61,382 bases of DNA from an uncultured Gammaproteobacteria bacterium (GCA_964610395.1 CAZSXP010000003.1:5719-67100), one strand, 5' to 3'. Positions 18,660 to 29,108 are shown, counted from the stretch's first letter. Made by a program: numbers and translations. Notes: generated by a model not told the origin, from the sequence alone.

Positions 18660-19588
18660 GGTCCTTTTCCTTTCTTTCCAGTTAAAGCATCTCTTGCACC
18701 TATTTTTTGCCACTCTCGTCCTATTAAAGCAAGTTTTATTGTATCGCGCAAAACGGCGAACTTCGTTCTTGGTTTCGCATATTTCAATGCGAAAAAATAT
18801 CTATTTCTAGTTAAAAAATAATCGTTTGAAAAACTACCTGATCCACCAGTTGATGAAGATACTTTATGCCACACATTTGTCTCAGGATAGTACATTACAT
18901 CAAACCCATTTTTCAGTGCTCTCTGACAAAAATCAGCATCCTCCCAATACAAGAACAATCCCTTATCCAGAAGCCCGATTTTTTCAAAAACTTCTTTTCT
19001 TATCAAAATACAAGCTCCATTAGCTATCTCTGTTTTTATAGTTTTGTCATATTGTCCATTATCAATTTCATCTACCCCAATATGACTTGTATAAATATTA
19101 TTCCAATCAATTTTTCCACCGGCATACCAAATAACATTACCTAAATCTTTACCATTATATTTATTTTTGTGAAATTCATAACCCTTTGCAAAATATATTT
19201 TTGGAGAAACTAATCCTGCTTTAGGATTATTGTTTAAAAACTTTACCAATTTAATTAATAAATCATTTGTCAGAATCATGTCATTATTTAATAAGAGTAC
19301 ATATTCACTTCCATTGTTTAATGCATAATTAATTCCTACGTTATTTCCTTCTGCAAATCCTAAATTAGAAGAGTTTCTTAAATATTTGAGGCTCATGTTA
19401 GGCAATTTATAACTCTTTAGGTAACCCTGAAGCCCGTCGCTTGAACCGTTATCAACAATTATGCATTCCGCTTCAATACCTTTTGTATCTAATTTAGAAA
19501 TTTCTTTTAATTCGCTTTTTATTAGATCGAGGCTATTAACGGCAAGTACAATTATTGATACTTTATTTTTCGTATTATTTTTAGACAT
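18644..19588 (-). CDS. Glycosyltransferase family 2, rhamnosyltransferase-like
   Basis: VSIIVLAVNS...VDNGSSDG...LLLNNDM...YWEDADFCQRA. The rhamnosyl specificity is inferred only from rfbABCD lying in the same locus. Confidence 0.85.
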   Translation of the reverse strand: MSKNNTKNKVSIIVLAVNSLDLIKSELKEISKLDTKGIEAECIIVDNGSSDGLQGYLKSYKLPNMSLKYLRNSSNLGFAEGNNVGINYALNNGSEYVLLLNNDMILTNDLLIKLVKFLNNNPKAGLVSPKIYFAKGYEFHKNKYNGKDLGNVIWYAGGKIDWNNIYTSHIGVDEIDNGQYDKTIKTEIANGACILIRKEVFEKIGLLDKGLFLYWEDADFCQRALKNGFDVMYYPETNVWHKVSSSTGGSGSFSNDYFLTRNRYFFALKYAKPRTKFAVLRDTIKLALIGREWQKIGARDALTGKKGKGPWTKK

Positions 19589-20463
19589 ATTTTAGAAAAA
19601 AGATTACTAGAATCATTAATTTTTGAAGCATAAAGCCACCACATAAAATCCTTGGATATTATTTTAAGTTCATTAAAAGTATCATCTGCATCAATTTTTC
19701 TTTTTCTAAATTTTTGTTTTTGCCATAGTTTTGCATAAACAACTAGTTCTGAAAGAATTTGTAATAAACAAATAGTAAGGCCATGTAAACCATCTTTGTA
19801 TCCTTCTTCGGCAAAATATCTTCTTAAAAACTCTGATGCTGGTTTAATTAAAACATCTCTCCATTTAAATTCAATTCCTTTTTTGTTTAGCTCTTTGGCT
19901 TGAATTGTAGTGTACCTATTCATTCTAGTTATATATTCTTCAACGGAAGAATAATGTCTATGTTTAATAGCGAATTCTTGCTTTTGTGGAATATCCATAC
20001 CTTTGCCTATTGTCATTGGTACTGAGTGAATTACTTCATTCCAAGTTACAGACCCCTTCTTAAAAAATCTGATATTATAATCAGGCCACCAGCCGGAGTG
20101 TTTCATCCATTTACCAAAAATTATATTTTTACGAGGAATACGGTAAAACTCAGCTTGGGGTTCTTTTACTTCTTGTTTCAAGAAGGTTTTTAAACTTTCT
20201 GGAATCTCTTCATCTGCATCTAGGATAAAAACCCAATCATTTTTGGCTTTTTCTATTGCAAAATTTCTAGCAGGTTCAACATAACTAATTTTTTTGTGTT
20301 TAAATATCTTTGCATTGTAATTTTTAGCCAATTCTCTTGTCTTATCTGTTGACATCATATCAACAACCACAATCTCATTTGCAAAACCCTTAAGAGATGC
20401 CAAACAACGATCAATCTTCTTTTCTTCGTTATATGTATTAACTACCGCCGAAATCCTCGCCAT
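19552..20463 (-). CDS. Glycosyltransferase family 2
   Basis: ISAVVNTYNEEKKI...VVDMMSTDKT...ILDADEE. Confidence 0.9.
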   Translation of the reverse strand: MARISAVVNTYNEEKKIDRCLASLKGFANEIVVVDMMSTDKTRELAKNYNAKIFKHKKISYVEPARNFAIEKAKNDWVFILDADEEIPESLKTFLKQEVKEPQAEFYRIPRKNIIFGKWMKHSGWWPDYNIRFFKKGSVTWNEVIHSVPMTIGKGMDIPQKQEFAIKHRHYSSVEEYITRMNRYTTIQAKELNKKGIEFKWRDVLIKPASEFLRRYFAEEGYKDGLHGLTICLLQILSELVVYAKLWQKQKFRKRKIDADDTFNELKIISKDFMWWLYASKINDSSNLFSKICLKIIRKIKYQ

Positions 20464-22123
20464 ATTGGTATATTATATAGCCTTTATTCTCAAAAATCTT
20501 CTTTAGATCTAATTCGCTTGAACCCAATCTAAGTAGCTCTCCTGAAAGAGGTGAAATGTCTTTAACTAGGTACAAATATTTGATATTATTACGATTTAAG
20601 AAATCTTTACCCGCCTCTTTATCAAGGTTTAAAACAAACCACAGAATCTGCTCTCTACGACTCTCCCAATCATAGCCCATGATGTTTAAATTCACTTGAT
20701 CTTCAAGAAACAGTGGTTTATTAGTAAAAGCTGATATATATGACGTTGATTCATAGAGATAAAGTGGTCTTGGAGAAAACTTTTCTGCTTCTTTTGCTTT
20801 ATATTTGTCAAATGGATAAGTAAAAACTATTCCATCTTCTTGTTTAGCTAAAAAGTCTAAGGCAACATATTCTTCGTTTGATACCATAGATTGTGGCATT
20901 TTAGGTAGATAATGTTGCAAAGTCGTCCATGTTCCTAAAATTGCAAAAATTATAAATACAAATTTTACCCAATTTTTCATCTTACTTATCGATATACCTG
21001 CAAAAATTGAAAAAAAGAATAAATAATAATAGAAAAATTGAATAGTATTCCAAGGAGTACCTTTTTGAACCAAAAACATTGGAATTATAACTGCCATAGA
21101 AAGAACAGTAACAATAAAAACTAAAATTTCATCAATTTTTATTCGCTTGATAGCGTAAAAACCAATAATTCTTAGTCCCATATTCCCAACTATAAATATT
21201 AAAAATGCTAAAGAATAAGCTAAAATTGCCTTAAACCAAATATGCCCCATTTTATAAGTCGTCATTGCAGAATACAGCCTTTCCCAACCAAATCTATCTG
21301 AATAAGACATTAAAGTTTCTAAAAACCACATAGGTTGCCAAGCAAAAACATTGCCGACACCATCCGATTTAAAAATAAAATATAAAATTAAATTTAAAGT
21401 TAAAGAGCCAAGAAATACCCGAGTGTAGAATGTGGAACGTAGAATGTAGAATGAATAAATAGCAGATATAAATAGCCCACCCAAAACTAAAATTGCCGCG
21501 TAAGCTTTTACTTGGACTAGAAGTCCAAGCAATAAAATGCTTAAAAATAAATTCTTTTTTTGTAGGGCAATAAGAGCAGATAATATAAAGATCAAAGATA
21601 ATGCAAATGGTGGATTAACTAATGTTGAAATAGATTGTTGTGACCAAAACATTGACTCACCCGTAATAACCCTATCTCTTAAAAAGGTAACAACAAATCC
21701 AAACGATGAACCAAAGTAAACAAAGGCAGTAGACCACAATGCTTCGTTTTTAGATCCTCGCCAATTTAAAACAAATAAATATACTAGTAAACCAATAGTT
21801 AAGGCAAAAATAGGAGGTAGAATCTGAAAATACAAAACACTAATAGGAATTGTTGTTATTTTATTTAATAAAGCTAAAAGTAGGTCAAAACCAAAATGAT
21901 AATTCTGTAACATAGAACCTGAAAAAACTGGGTTCTCTAATGTTCCTTTGGAAAGACTATTAGAAAGAGCAATATGCCAAATACCATCATGGCCATTTGG
22001 TCCCCAAAATCCATAGCCAAATTTATATAACAGCCCACTTCTAATCATAGTCAAAGACCATGTTAAAGTTCCAACTATTATCAGACTAACGAGAGAAAAT
22101 TGTTTTGTAACTTTTTTTAGCAT
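20438..22123 (-). CDS. Large polytopic membrane protein, GHDGxWHIAL family; paralog of 533..2365
   Basis: GPNGHDGIWHIALSNSLSKGTLENPVFSGSMLQNYHFGFDLL and C-terminal NIMGYDWESRRE align with the 612-aa ORF. Confidence 0.8.
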   Translation of the reverse strand: MLKKVTKQFSLVSLIIVGTLTWSLTMIRSGLLYKFGYGFWGPNGHDGIWHIALSNSLSKGTLENPVFSGSMLQNYHFGFDLLLALLNKITTIPISVLYFQILPPIFALTIGLLVYLFVLNWRGSKNEALWSTAFVYFGSSFGFVVTFLRDRVITGESMFWSQQSISTLVNPPFALSLIFILSALIALQKKNLFLSILLLGLLVQVKAYAAILVLGGLFISAIYSFYILRSTFYTRVFLGSLTLNLILYFIFKSDGVGNVFAWQPMWFLETLMSYSDRFGWERLYSAMTTYKMGHIWFKAILAYSLAFLIFIVGNMGLRIIGFYAIKRIKIDEILVFIVTVLSMAVIIPMFLVQKGTPWNTIQFFYYYLFFFSIFAGISISKMKNWVKFVFIIFAILGTWTTLQHYLPKMPQSMVSNEEYVALDFLAKQEDGIVFTYPFDKYKAKEAEKFSPRPLYLYESTSYISAFTNKPLFLEDQVNLNIMGYDWESRREQILWFVLNLDKEAGKDFLNRNNIKYLYLVKDISPLSGELLRLGSSELDLKKIFENKGYIIYQYGEDFGGS

Positions 22124-23546
22124 CTTCTATTAAAGAAATACCCATCATAGAAATCATTGAAGAAGCATATACAAGTACACCAACAAGGCTTAAAATTAAC
22201 ATAGAATTTATACTTGTGTCCAAAAATTTTCTAACCAAAAAGACAATTGCTCCCATTATTAAGGACCCAATTAATGGTTTAATCATCGAGTTAAAAACTG
22301 AAAAATTTACATAACTCTTAGCAACTACTATTGCAATAACTGATGACAGGCCTACTAAAGAATAACCGATTGAAGCCCCTACTACACCGAACTTCATAGC
22401 TAAAAATGGAATAAAAGCCCAAGATAAAACTGTCCACATGATCATTAAATAAAATGTAATTTTAATTTTTCCAATTGCATTTAAAAGATTTGTTAATTGT
22501 GTTGTGGTTGCAGCAAAGGCAAAATTTATCGAAATAAAAATAATTGGTATTAAAGCAGGTGTCCACTGTTCGTATCTTGGAATAACTTTAACTAAAATTG
22601 GAGCTAAAATAGTAATTCCAACTAAACTTGGAAAAACTAAAAGACAGATAAAAAATATTGACCTTGTTACGCTTCTTTCTAAATCATCTTTGTGATCTTG
22701 CATTCTTGAAAATGCAGGGAAAGTTACACGTGTTACTGTATCCATAAAGAAGGTTAATGGAAGCCTAGCTAGCTTCTGAGTAAATGATAATATTCCAACT
22801 CCAACTGGACCAATTATTCCGCCTAAAATAATTGTCATACCATCGTCTTTAAAAGTAGCTAAAAATGTATTAACTTGATATGGAATACCAAATTTAAATA
22901 ATCCTTTTAAGGTCTCTCTCGAAAATGCAATTCCCGGTTTCCATGGTTGAAGTACATAAATTGCAACAAACCCCACAATTCCCCTTAAAATTACTGCAAC
23001 AGTAAAACTTTTCAAACCAAAACCTTTCATTGCCAAAAATACTAATACTACGTTATAAACAATTTGTTCTAAAATTTGAGGAAAAACTAATTTGATAAAC
23101 TCCAATTTTCTTTCCAAAAGGACCGAGGGAATACTTTTAAGAGACGAAAAAACAAGGGATAGTGATAATGCATATAAAAGTATCTGCCCATCGTGACTTA
23201 GTGAATATTTTTGTACAAAAAAAGGAGTTAGTAAAAAAACAATTCCAATTATTGTAATAATTAATAATTGTTGAACAAAAAAAGTTGTTTTTAAATCTGT
23301 GTCAGTTGGGGTTTCTTTTTTCTGAATTAAAGCTGCAGCCAGTCCAATATCAGAAAAATAAACTAGAAAGTTAATAATGGCAGAAACAATTGCAAATACT
23401 CCAAATTCATAACCACCAAGATAGGCAAATAGGAAAAACTGTGCAACAAGAGCAATAACTTGCAAGAGAAAAGTTCTACCTGTTAATATAACCACTCCAC
23501 GAACAGACCTTTCTTTAACTGTTTCTATTCCTATTTCTTCTTCCAT
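22086..23546 (-). CDS. Wzx-like polysaccharide/oligosaccharide flippase (MOP superfamily)
   Basis: 486 aa with about 12-14 TM segments. The N-terminal RGVVILTGRTFLLQVIALVAQFFLFAYLG pattern is typical of Polysacc_synt family proteins. Confidence 0.75.
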   Translation of the reverse strand: MEEEIGIETVKERSVRGVVILTGRTFLLQVIALVAQFFLFAYLGGYEFGVFAIVSAIINFLVYFSDIGLAAALIQKKETPTDTDLKTTFFVQQLLIITIIGIVFLLTPFFVQKYSLSHDGQILLYALSLSLVFSSLKSIPSVLLERKLEFIKLVFPQILEQIVYNVVLVFLAMKGFGLKSFTVAVILRGIVGFVAIYVLQPWKPGIAFSRETLKGLFKFGIPYQVNTFLATFKDDGMTIILGGIIGPVGVGILSFTQKLARLPLTFFMDTVTRVTFPAFSRMQDHKDDLERSVTRSIFFICLLVFPSLVGITILAPILVKVIPRYEQWTPALIPIIFISINFAFAATTTQLTNLLNAIGKIKITFYLMIMWTVLSWAFIPFLAMKFGVVGASIGYSLVGLSSVIAIVVAKSYVNFSVFNSMIKPLIGSLIMGAIVFLVRKFLDTSINSMLILSLVGVLVYASSMISMMGISLIEDAKKSYKTIFSR

Positions 23547-23559
23547 AGACTAAATTGTA

Positions 23560-25083
23560 TCACTTAGTTAGTTCAAAAAAGAAAAGTTCTTCTTGTGGCC
23601 CATGTATTGCATATTGCCTTGAATCTGTTAATCTCAATCCTTTTTTAAAACTTGCAATTAACTTATACCCATCTTCTTCTGCATTTCCCTTATATCTTGA
23701 TTTATTAATAACTAAATAAGTTTTATTTCCTGCCTTGACTGCTTCTTTTAAACTTTTAGGTGTATCATCAATAATAACTCCTACTCCAATAACTATTACA
23801 TTTGGTAAATCATTTAAATATAACTGCAATCCATCTGGTAATGTTCCAAAATAGCCTTCAGTCCCAACGACAATTTGTTTTCCACTATCTTTTGCTTCTT
23901 CTTTTCTTATATATTCAGATACTTCTTTAATTCCTTGTCCTGCAGTCCATTCCTCTAAGTATCCAGATCTTTCACCTCTTGGTAAATTAGCCCTCTCTGG
24001 ATTAGTTAATAAATAATAGTCAAAAATTAAACTTGGAACTATAAATAAAATTATTAAAATGTAACTTATAACTTTTAACCATTTAGTCTTTATCAGAAAT
24101 ATCATTCCTGACAATATAAAAAGATATGGTAATACAAAAAATATGTATCTAGCTGTAAAAGCTTTGGCAAATTCGGCCTGAATTAGTACAGGGAAAAGTA
24201 CCCAAACTAAGAGAATTAATGTTTCTCTTAAATATTTTTTAAAACCAAAATAGACACCTAACAAAACTAATGGAATAAGTGTTGCAGGTCCCATACTTAT
24301 AAGCCAAACAAAAAAATCTTTTACATGTGGAATAAGAGGATCAAAAAAATTAGTCCAGATATGGCTAATTGGTAATATATAGTCTTCAGTCCGTGAAGTA
24401 AGTAAAGAAAAATTAGGGCCAAGTCTTTGAATGTTATACATTGCAAAGGCTATAAAATAAGTAACACCAAGTCTCCAAATGCCTTTCCAACTCGTTAAAA
24501 GCCAAAAACTTGGTAACAATAAGGCAATAAACATGGCAGGAGATTTGGTCAAAGCAGCAAATCCCAACATAAATCCAGCTATCATTGCAAGATCAAGTCG
24601 TTTGTATTTTGCAGTCAAAAAAGAAAAAATAGCTGTCCAAATGCCAAACATGGATAACATTGAATCAACTAAAGCCATTCTGTCAAAAAAAACTGAGAAA
24701 GGAGAAATGGCATAGACAAAAACTGCAAATAAAGAAGTAAGTTTATTCTTAAAAAATAAATATGAAAGAGTAAATATCCCAAGCATCGTACCCATACCAG
24801 TTGCAACTGATACTAAACGACCAATAAATAAGGGATCAGAAAAATATTTAATTAAAAACATTAAAACCCACATATAAAGAGGTTGTTTACCATCTGATAG
24901 TGGTAAAAACCTTAAAGTTGGTTCAGTTGCCATAACTTGTGACCATCTGACATAGATTGCTTCATCAACAAAGATAGGTAAAATTGTTAAGTTAATAATC
25001 CTAATCCCCAGCCCAATTGCCAATATTAGAATTAATATTAAAATTGTCCACTTCCACTCCTTAAATAACTTTTTGAAGTTCAT
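23560..25083 (-). CDS. GT-C membrane glycosyltransferase, ArnT/PMT_2 family
   Basis: TM1 is followed by PIFVDEAIYVRWSQVM (DE motif in loop 1) and many TM segments. It has a soluble C-terminal domain. Confidence 0.85.
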   Translation of the reverse strand: MNFKKLFKEWKWTILILILILAIGLGIRIINLTILPIFVDEAIYVRWSQVMATEPTLRFLPLSDGKQPLYMWVLMFLIKYFSDPLFIGRLVSVATGMGTMLGIFTLSYLFFKNKLTSLFAVFVYAISPFSVFFDRMALVDSMLSMFGIWTAIFSFLTAKYKRLDLAMIAGFMLGFAALTKSPAMFIALLLPSFWLLTSWKGIWRLGVTYFIAFAMYNIQRLGPNFSLLTSRTEDYILPISHIWTNFFDPLIPHVKDFFVWLISMGPATLIPLVLLGVYFGFKKYLRETLILLVWVLFPVLIQAEFAKAFTARYIFFVLPYLFILSGMIFLIKTKWLKVISYILIILFIVPSLIFDYYLLTNPERANLPRGERSGYLEEWTAGQGIKEVSEYIRKEEAKDSGKQIVVGTEGYFGTLPDGLQLYLNDLPNVIVIGVGVIIDDTPKSLKEAVKAGNKTYLVINKSRYKGNAEEDGYKLIASFKKGLRLTDSRQYAIHGPQEELFFFELTK

Positions 25084-25913
25084 TTTAATAGTTTATCTCT
25101 TTTTTCACCAAAACGATATTTACTAATTACTTTTCTACCACTTTTAGCTTCAATCTGTTTTCTTGCTCTTCCTGCAATTCCACCACCTTCTTTTGCAATA
25201 ATTCTATTTTTATGAAAAGTATCTGGTTTTTTAGTTTTTGAAATTTCTGTAGTTGCTGTTTCTGCTAACATATTTAAAACTAACTCCAAATTAGTCATAT
25301 TGTCCCGCAAGTTTTCTTTTTTTAAATTTTTATAATCTTTATAATTTTTTGTTCGAAGTCCTGCCCAAGCAAATGTTATATCATCAGTTAAAATTGCATA
25401 TTCTTTTGAATTATTAACCCCTCTTTCATCCCACTCATTGGTTAAATCTTTTCTAATCTCTATGCTTTTAAGTCTTAAATCAACCCATGATTTGGAATAT
25501 CCTTTTTTAAGATATGTAGACAATGCTCGTTGAATTGCCTTCTCTGGATCTTCTGTTTCTTCAATTCGTTCATACCCAACTCTCGCGAGCCATCTTTTCA
25601 TTGGTTCAGCGTTTGGTGAAGGTATTGACTGGATAATACGAAGTATTGATTCTGTATCTGCAATATCAGTAATTCTTAATTTTCCATCTGATGCAACCAT
25701 TTTCAACTGTCGACAGATTGTCGACAGTTCAAGTCCATCTTCATTTTTAACTCTTATTTTCATCTTAAACCAATAATCTCTTGCATTTACACTGCCAGAC
25801 AACACCTTTACAATATCAATAACTGAAAAATACCATTTCTGCTCTTTTTTGTTCCAATCACGCCTAATTTGTTGATCTTTAAACAAAACAATTTTTGAAG
25901 ATTTTGTAACCAT
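25080..25913 (-). CDS. Bro-N domain / DinD-like (DNA-damage-inducible protein D-like) protein
   Basis: The N-terminus has IRRDWNKKEQKWYFSVIDIVKVLSGS...DYW...ASDGKLRITDIADTESILRIIQSIPSPNAEPMKRWLARVGYERI (Bro-N pattern). The C-terminus has KKENLRDNMTNLELVLNMLAETATTEI...GGGIAGRARKQIE, which resembles the DinD C-terminal region. It has an ATGA overlap with the next gene. Confidence 0.75.
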   Translation of the reverse strand: MVTKSSKIVLFKDQQIRRDWNKKEQKWYFSVIDIVKVLSGSVNARDYWFKMKIRVKNEDGLELSTICRQLKMVASDGKLRITDIADTESILRIIQSIPSPNAEPMKRWLARVGYERIEETEDPEKAIQRALSTYLKKGYSKSWVDLRLKSIEIRKDLTNEWDERGVNNSKEYAILTDDITFAWAGLRTKNYKDYKNLKKENLRDNMTNLELVLNMLAETATTEISKTKKPDTFHKNRIIAKEGGGIAGRARKQIEAKSGRKVISKYRFGEKRDKLLK

Positions 25914-25920
25914 TAATTAA

Positions 25921-26658
25921 CTATTTGTATTTGCCTTGTAAAGCGTTTATTCTTACTTTCATTAAGTCCCTAAGGCCTTCCCAACTATCTTTAATTGGAT
26001 TAACTTTTGTTCCTTCTTTGTGATGCCAAACAACAGGAACTTCTGCTACTTTTAATTTTAACTTTCTAGCAACATATAAAATTTCAAGGTCAAAACCTGC
26101 AGAAACTGAAGCTCCAGATTGTGCTTGTTGTTGATTAAAAATCTGCAAACGTTTAAATATTTCCTTAGATGCTTTCTTTTTAAACGCTTTAAATCCACAT
26201 TGTGTATCTTTATATGGAAGTTGCAATACTAAATTACGTAAGATAGAAAATCCCAAGGCCATTGTTTTCCTAATTAAAGGTGCCCCCTCTCTACCCGCCC
26301 TTGAACCAATAACTACATCATAGCCTTCTGAAAATTTTGGTAATATTTTTTCTAATTGGTCGATTGGTGTTGCCTGATCCATATCATCAAAAATAACAAT
26401 ATTTCCATTAGCTTTTAGCATCCCTGCAATAACGGTTCCGCCTTTTCCTCTGTGTGGCTCTCTTAGAACAGTTACGTTCTTGTGATTTATTGCAAACTTT
26501 TCAGCTAAATCTGCAGTTTTGTCACTAGACCCATCGTCTACTACAATTATCTCCCATGTATAGTTTTGCTCTTTTAAATAATCAACCATACCTGAAAGTG
26601 CTCCTGTTCTAATATTATTTTCTTCGTTAAAAGATGGTATTACTATAGATATATCCAT
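25921..26658 (-). CDS. GT2 polyprenol-phosphate sugar synthase-like (DPM1/GtrB/ArnC-like)
   Basis: MDISIVIPSFNEENNI...VVDDGSSDKT...FDDMDQATP...TQCGFKAF. The internal ATG at 26658 is preferred. Confidence 0.88.
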   Translation of the reverse strand: MDISIVIPSFNEENNIRTGALSGMVDYLKEQNYTWEIIVVDDGSSDKTADLAEKFAINHKNVTVLREPHRGKGGTVIAGMLKANGNIVIFDDMDQATPIDQLEKILPKFSEGYDVVIGSRAGREGAPLIRKTMALGFSILRNLVLQLPYKDTQCGFKAFKKKASKEIFKRLQIFNQQQAQSGASVSAGFDLEILYVARKLKLKVAEVPVVWHHKEGTKVNPIKDSWEGLRDLMKVRINALQGKYK

Positions 26659-26659
26659 A

Positions 26660-28138
26660 TTAAATTCTTTCTCTTTTTTGTACCGTGATCGCACCAAACC
26701 TTTCTTCCTCTATTACTTTTCCAATCCCCTTTTGTCTATCAAGCCAAGCTTTAAGTCTTTCTGGATGTGGCGGATCTTCTTCATATAAAGTATAAAGCAA
26801 TTTTACCTGATTTTCTTCTTGTATTGTTCCTTTCCATTTAAACAGATAGTCATAAGAGTATGAAATCACAGGAGGAACATAAACATCAACATTAAACTTA
26901 CTACCAATTGAATCATAAGCCAGATAATCAATAGCCTGTAGTTGGTTTATAAAAACAATACTGTTTGGACTATCTGTATTAGATGTTAACTTAAATTTAA
27001 GAGGGTCATAGTTATTACGTAGAAAAGTTAGTATAAAAATTATAACAAGTATTTTTCCAATATATTTTTTTTGCCATAATTTTCCTAAAACTAAACTTGA
27101 AAGCATTATATAAATCATGTAATAACCTGTTAGATAATATTCATAGAAATTATTATTATTTCCTTGGTAAAAATAAAGTCCAATAATTGGTGATAATAGT
27201 AATATTAAAATAATCTTGGTAAATTTATTTTTAAATAGCGCTGGCGCGTAAAAAATAAAAGAAATTAGCAATATAGTTAGTAATATTTTTTCAGTTTTCC
27301 CTCTTGAGTGAAATATTTTGAGAGAAAAAGAATCATAATAAAAAATAGTTCTTTCTTTAATAAATTGTGTTGATGGTATTACAAAACTTTTTTCTTCAAT
27401 AAAGTTTTTTTGAATTCCAGCTCGAAGAATTCCATCGTGTTTAATATCAAAAATTAAAAGTGGAGAAAAAGTAAATATAAACAAAACTGTTGATACAACT
27501 AATGTTTTTATATTTGGTCTATTTTCCCAATTCAAAATCAAAAATATTAAAATTGCAGGTATATAAAAAAGTTCACCTGATGAACCAAAACTAAAAAGTG
27601 AAAGACCAGAAACAAAAGACATTACATACCAACCATATTGTTTTTGCTTTACAACAAGATACATTGCCCAAACCAAAACAACTGATAAAAGTAACATTGG
27701 TGTAGGGTTACTTAACCATCTACTTGTCCAGACCATAAAATATGAAAATGAAGCTATTAAAACTGCAATTAGACCACTTTGTTTATCTTGGAATTTTGAT
27801 ACTAAATAATACATTAACCAGATTGCAAAGACGGTGGTTAAAGATAAAAATAAGCTTGGGTAAATTGGGTTACCTTGTCCTAAAAAATAAAAGGGGGCAA
27901 TTAAATAATAGTAGAATGGTCCTCGAAATACACCAGCTAGACCTGTGATTGGTCCTATCAAAAACATCTTTCCTTTGTACAATAAGTCCCAGATAACTAA
28001 AGCATCTCTACCTTGATCATAATGAAAATCAAGAAGTTCCCCAATTCTATAAATTCTAACAACAAAAGCCAGAAGTAAAATAATTAGAATAAGTAAATTC
28101 CAAGGTGTGTATAAACGATTAAAAACTTTTTTTAGCAT
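26660..28138 (-). CDS. GT-C-like membrane glycosyltransferase, ArnT-like (YDQGRDA family)
   Basis: FHYDQGRDALVIWDLL...LIGPITGLAGVFRGPFYYYLIAPFY. It is a paralog of 15438.. and 29105.. Confidence 0.8.
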   Translation of the reverse strand: MLKKVFNRLYTPWNLLILIILLLAFVVRIYRIGELLDFHYDQGRDALVIWDLLYKGKMFLIGPITGLAGVFRGPFYYYLIAPFYFLGQGNPIYPSLFLSLTTVFAIWLMYYLVSKFQDKQSGLIAVLIASFSYFMVWTSRWLSNPTPMLLLSVVLVWAMYLVVKQKQYGWYVMSFVSGLSLFSFGSSGELFYIPAILIFLILNWENRPNIKTLVVSTVLFIFTFSPLLIFDIKHDGILRAGIQKNFIEEKSFVIPSTQFIKERTIFYYDSFSLKIFHSRGKTEKILLTILLISFIFYAPALFKNKFTKIILILLLSPIIGLYFYQGNNNNFYEYYLTGYYMIYIMLSSLVLGKLWQKKYIGKILVIIFILTFLRNNYDPLKFKLTSNTDSPNSIVFINQLQAIDYLAYDSIGSKFNVDVYVPPVISYSYDYLFKWKGTIQEENQVKLLYTLYEEDPPHPERLKAWLDRQKGIGKVIEEERFGAITVQKRERI

Positions 28139-29108
28139 ATTTTCTACATATAGTTAACACTTTTTCTACAGCATCATTAAACTCCAGGCCATCAACTTTT
28201 GCCCCTGCAGCCATAATGTGTCCTCCTCCTCCCAACTCTCTGGCCATAGCAGAAACATCAAAATTATCTCGTCCTCTAAAACTTATCTTTAAGGATTTTG
28301 GTTCGTCTTCACTCATCACAACTCCAAAATTGGAACCATCAACAATGTTTGAAAACATAGTGGCAAAATTTGAATCATTAACTTTATATTTATTTTCAAC
28401 CTCGTATGGTGTCGCTAACCAAACAAATCTATTGTCAGTGTCAAACTTCAACATGTCAATACAAACACCCCAATATTTTAATTTCTCAAATCTTACAGTA
28501 CGAAACATTTTTGTTAATATTTCACTTTTCATCGCCCCAATATCCATTAAATTTGCAACAATTCGAAGTGTTTCAGAATTATCAGAAAATGCAAACCCTC
28601 CTGTATCCGCAATTATCCCAGTGAGTAACAGATTTGATAATTCGACATCAATATCAAATTCCCAATCAACCAATAGTTTATAAACCATCTCAGAACACGA
28701 TGAGGCTTTAAAATCAAGAACGTTAATCTCTCCAAACTTTTCATTAGATGGATGATGGTCTATTATTATAATTGGTAAATCTGGTATTTTGATGTCAATA
28801 TTATTAACAACTTGTTGCCAACTTGCGGAATCGGGCGATATAAATAAATCATATTTATTAAAATCTAGTTCATTATAATCAACAAACTTAACTAAATTAG
28901 AATCTTTTTCATTTGATAAAAAATCTGACAATTCAGATGTTTTTACTAAGCACAAAGTACAATTTTTCCCAAATGATTCAACAAATTTATAAAGTGAAAG
29001 TGCAGAACAAAATGAATCAGGGTCAGGACCACGATGTAAATTAATCAAAATGTTTTCAGCCTTTTTTATTTCTTCTAATATTAATTTAGATTCTTTATAA
29101 TTTGTCAT
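28119..29108 (-). CDS. nrnA: DHH/DHHA1 phosphoesterase, NrnA-like
   Basis: HRGPDPDSFCSA (DxD), IIIDHHPSN (DHH) and GGGGH (DHHA1). Confidence 0.8.
   Translation of the reverse strand: MTNYKESKLILEEIKKAENILINLHRGPDPDSFCSALSLYKFVESFGKNCTLCLVKTSELSDFLSNEKDSNLVKFVDYNELDFNKYDLFISPDSASWQQVVNNIDIKIPDLPIIIIDHHPSNEKFGEINVLDFKASSCSEMVYKLLVDWEFDIDVELSNLLLTGIIADTGGFAFSDNSETLRIVANLMDIGAMKSEILTKMFRTVRFEKLKYWGVCIDMLKFDTDNRFVWLATPYEVENKYKVNDSNFATMFSNIVDGSNFGVVMSEDEPKSLKISFRGRDNFDVSAMARELGGGGHIMAAGAKVDGLEFNDAVEKVLTICRKYAKKSF

Noticed and set aside
21424-21453. Local triple repeat of TAGAATG(T) within the 20438..22123 CDS.
   Set aside because: It is a short imperfect coding repeat (encoding ...FYILRSTFYTRV...) with no structure or partner elsewhere. 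It is most likely slippage or chance.
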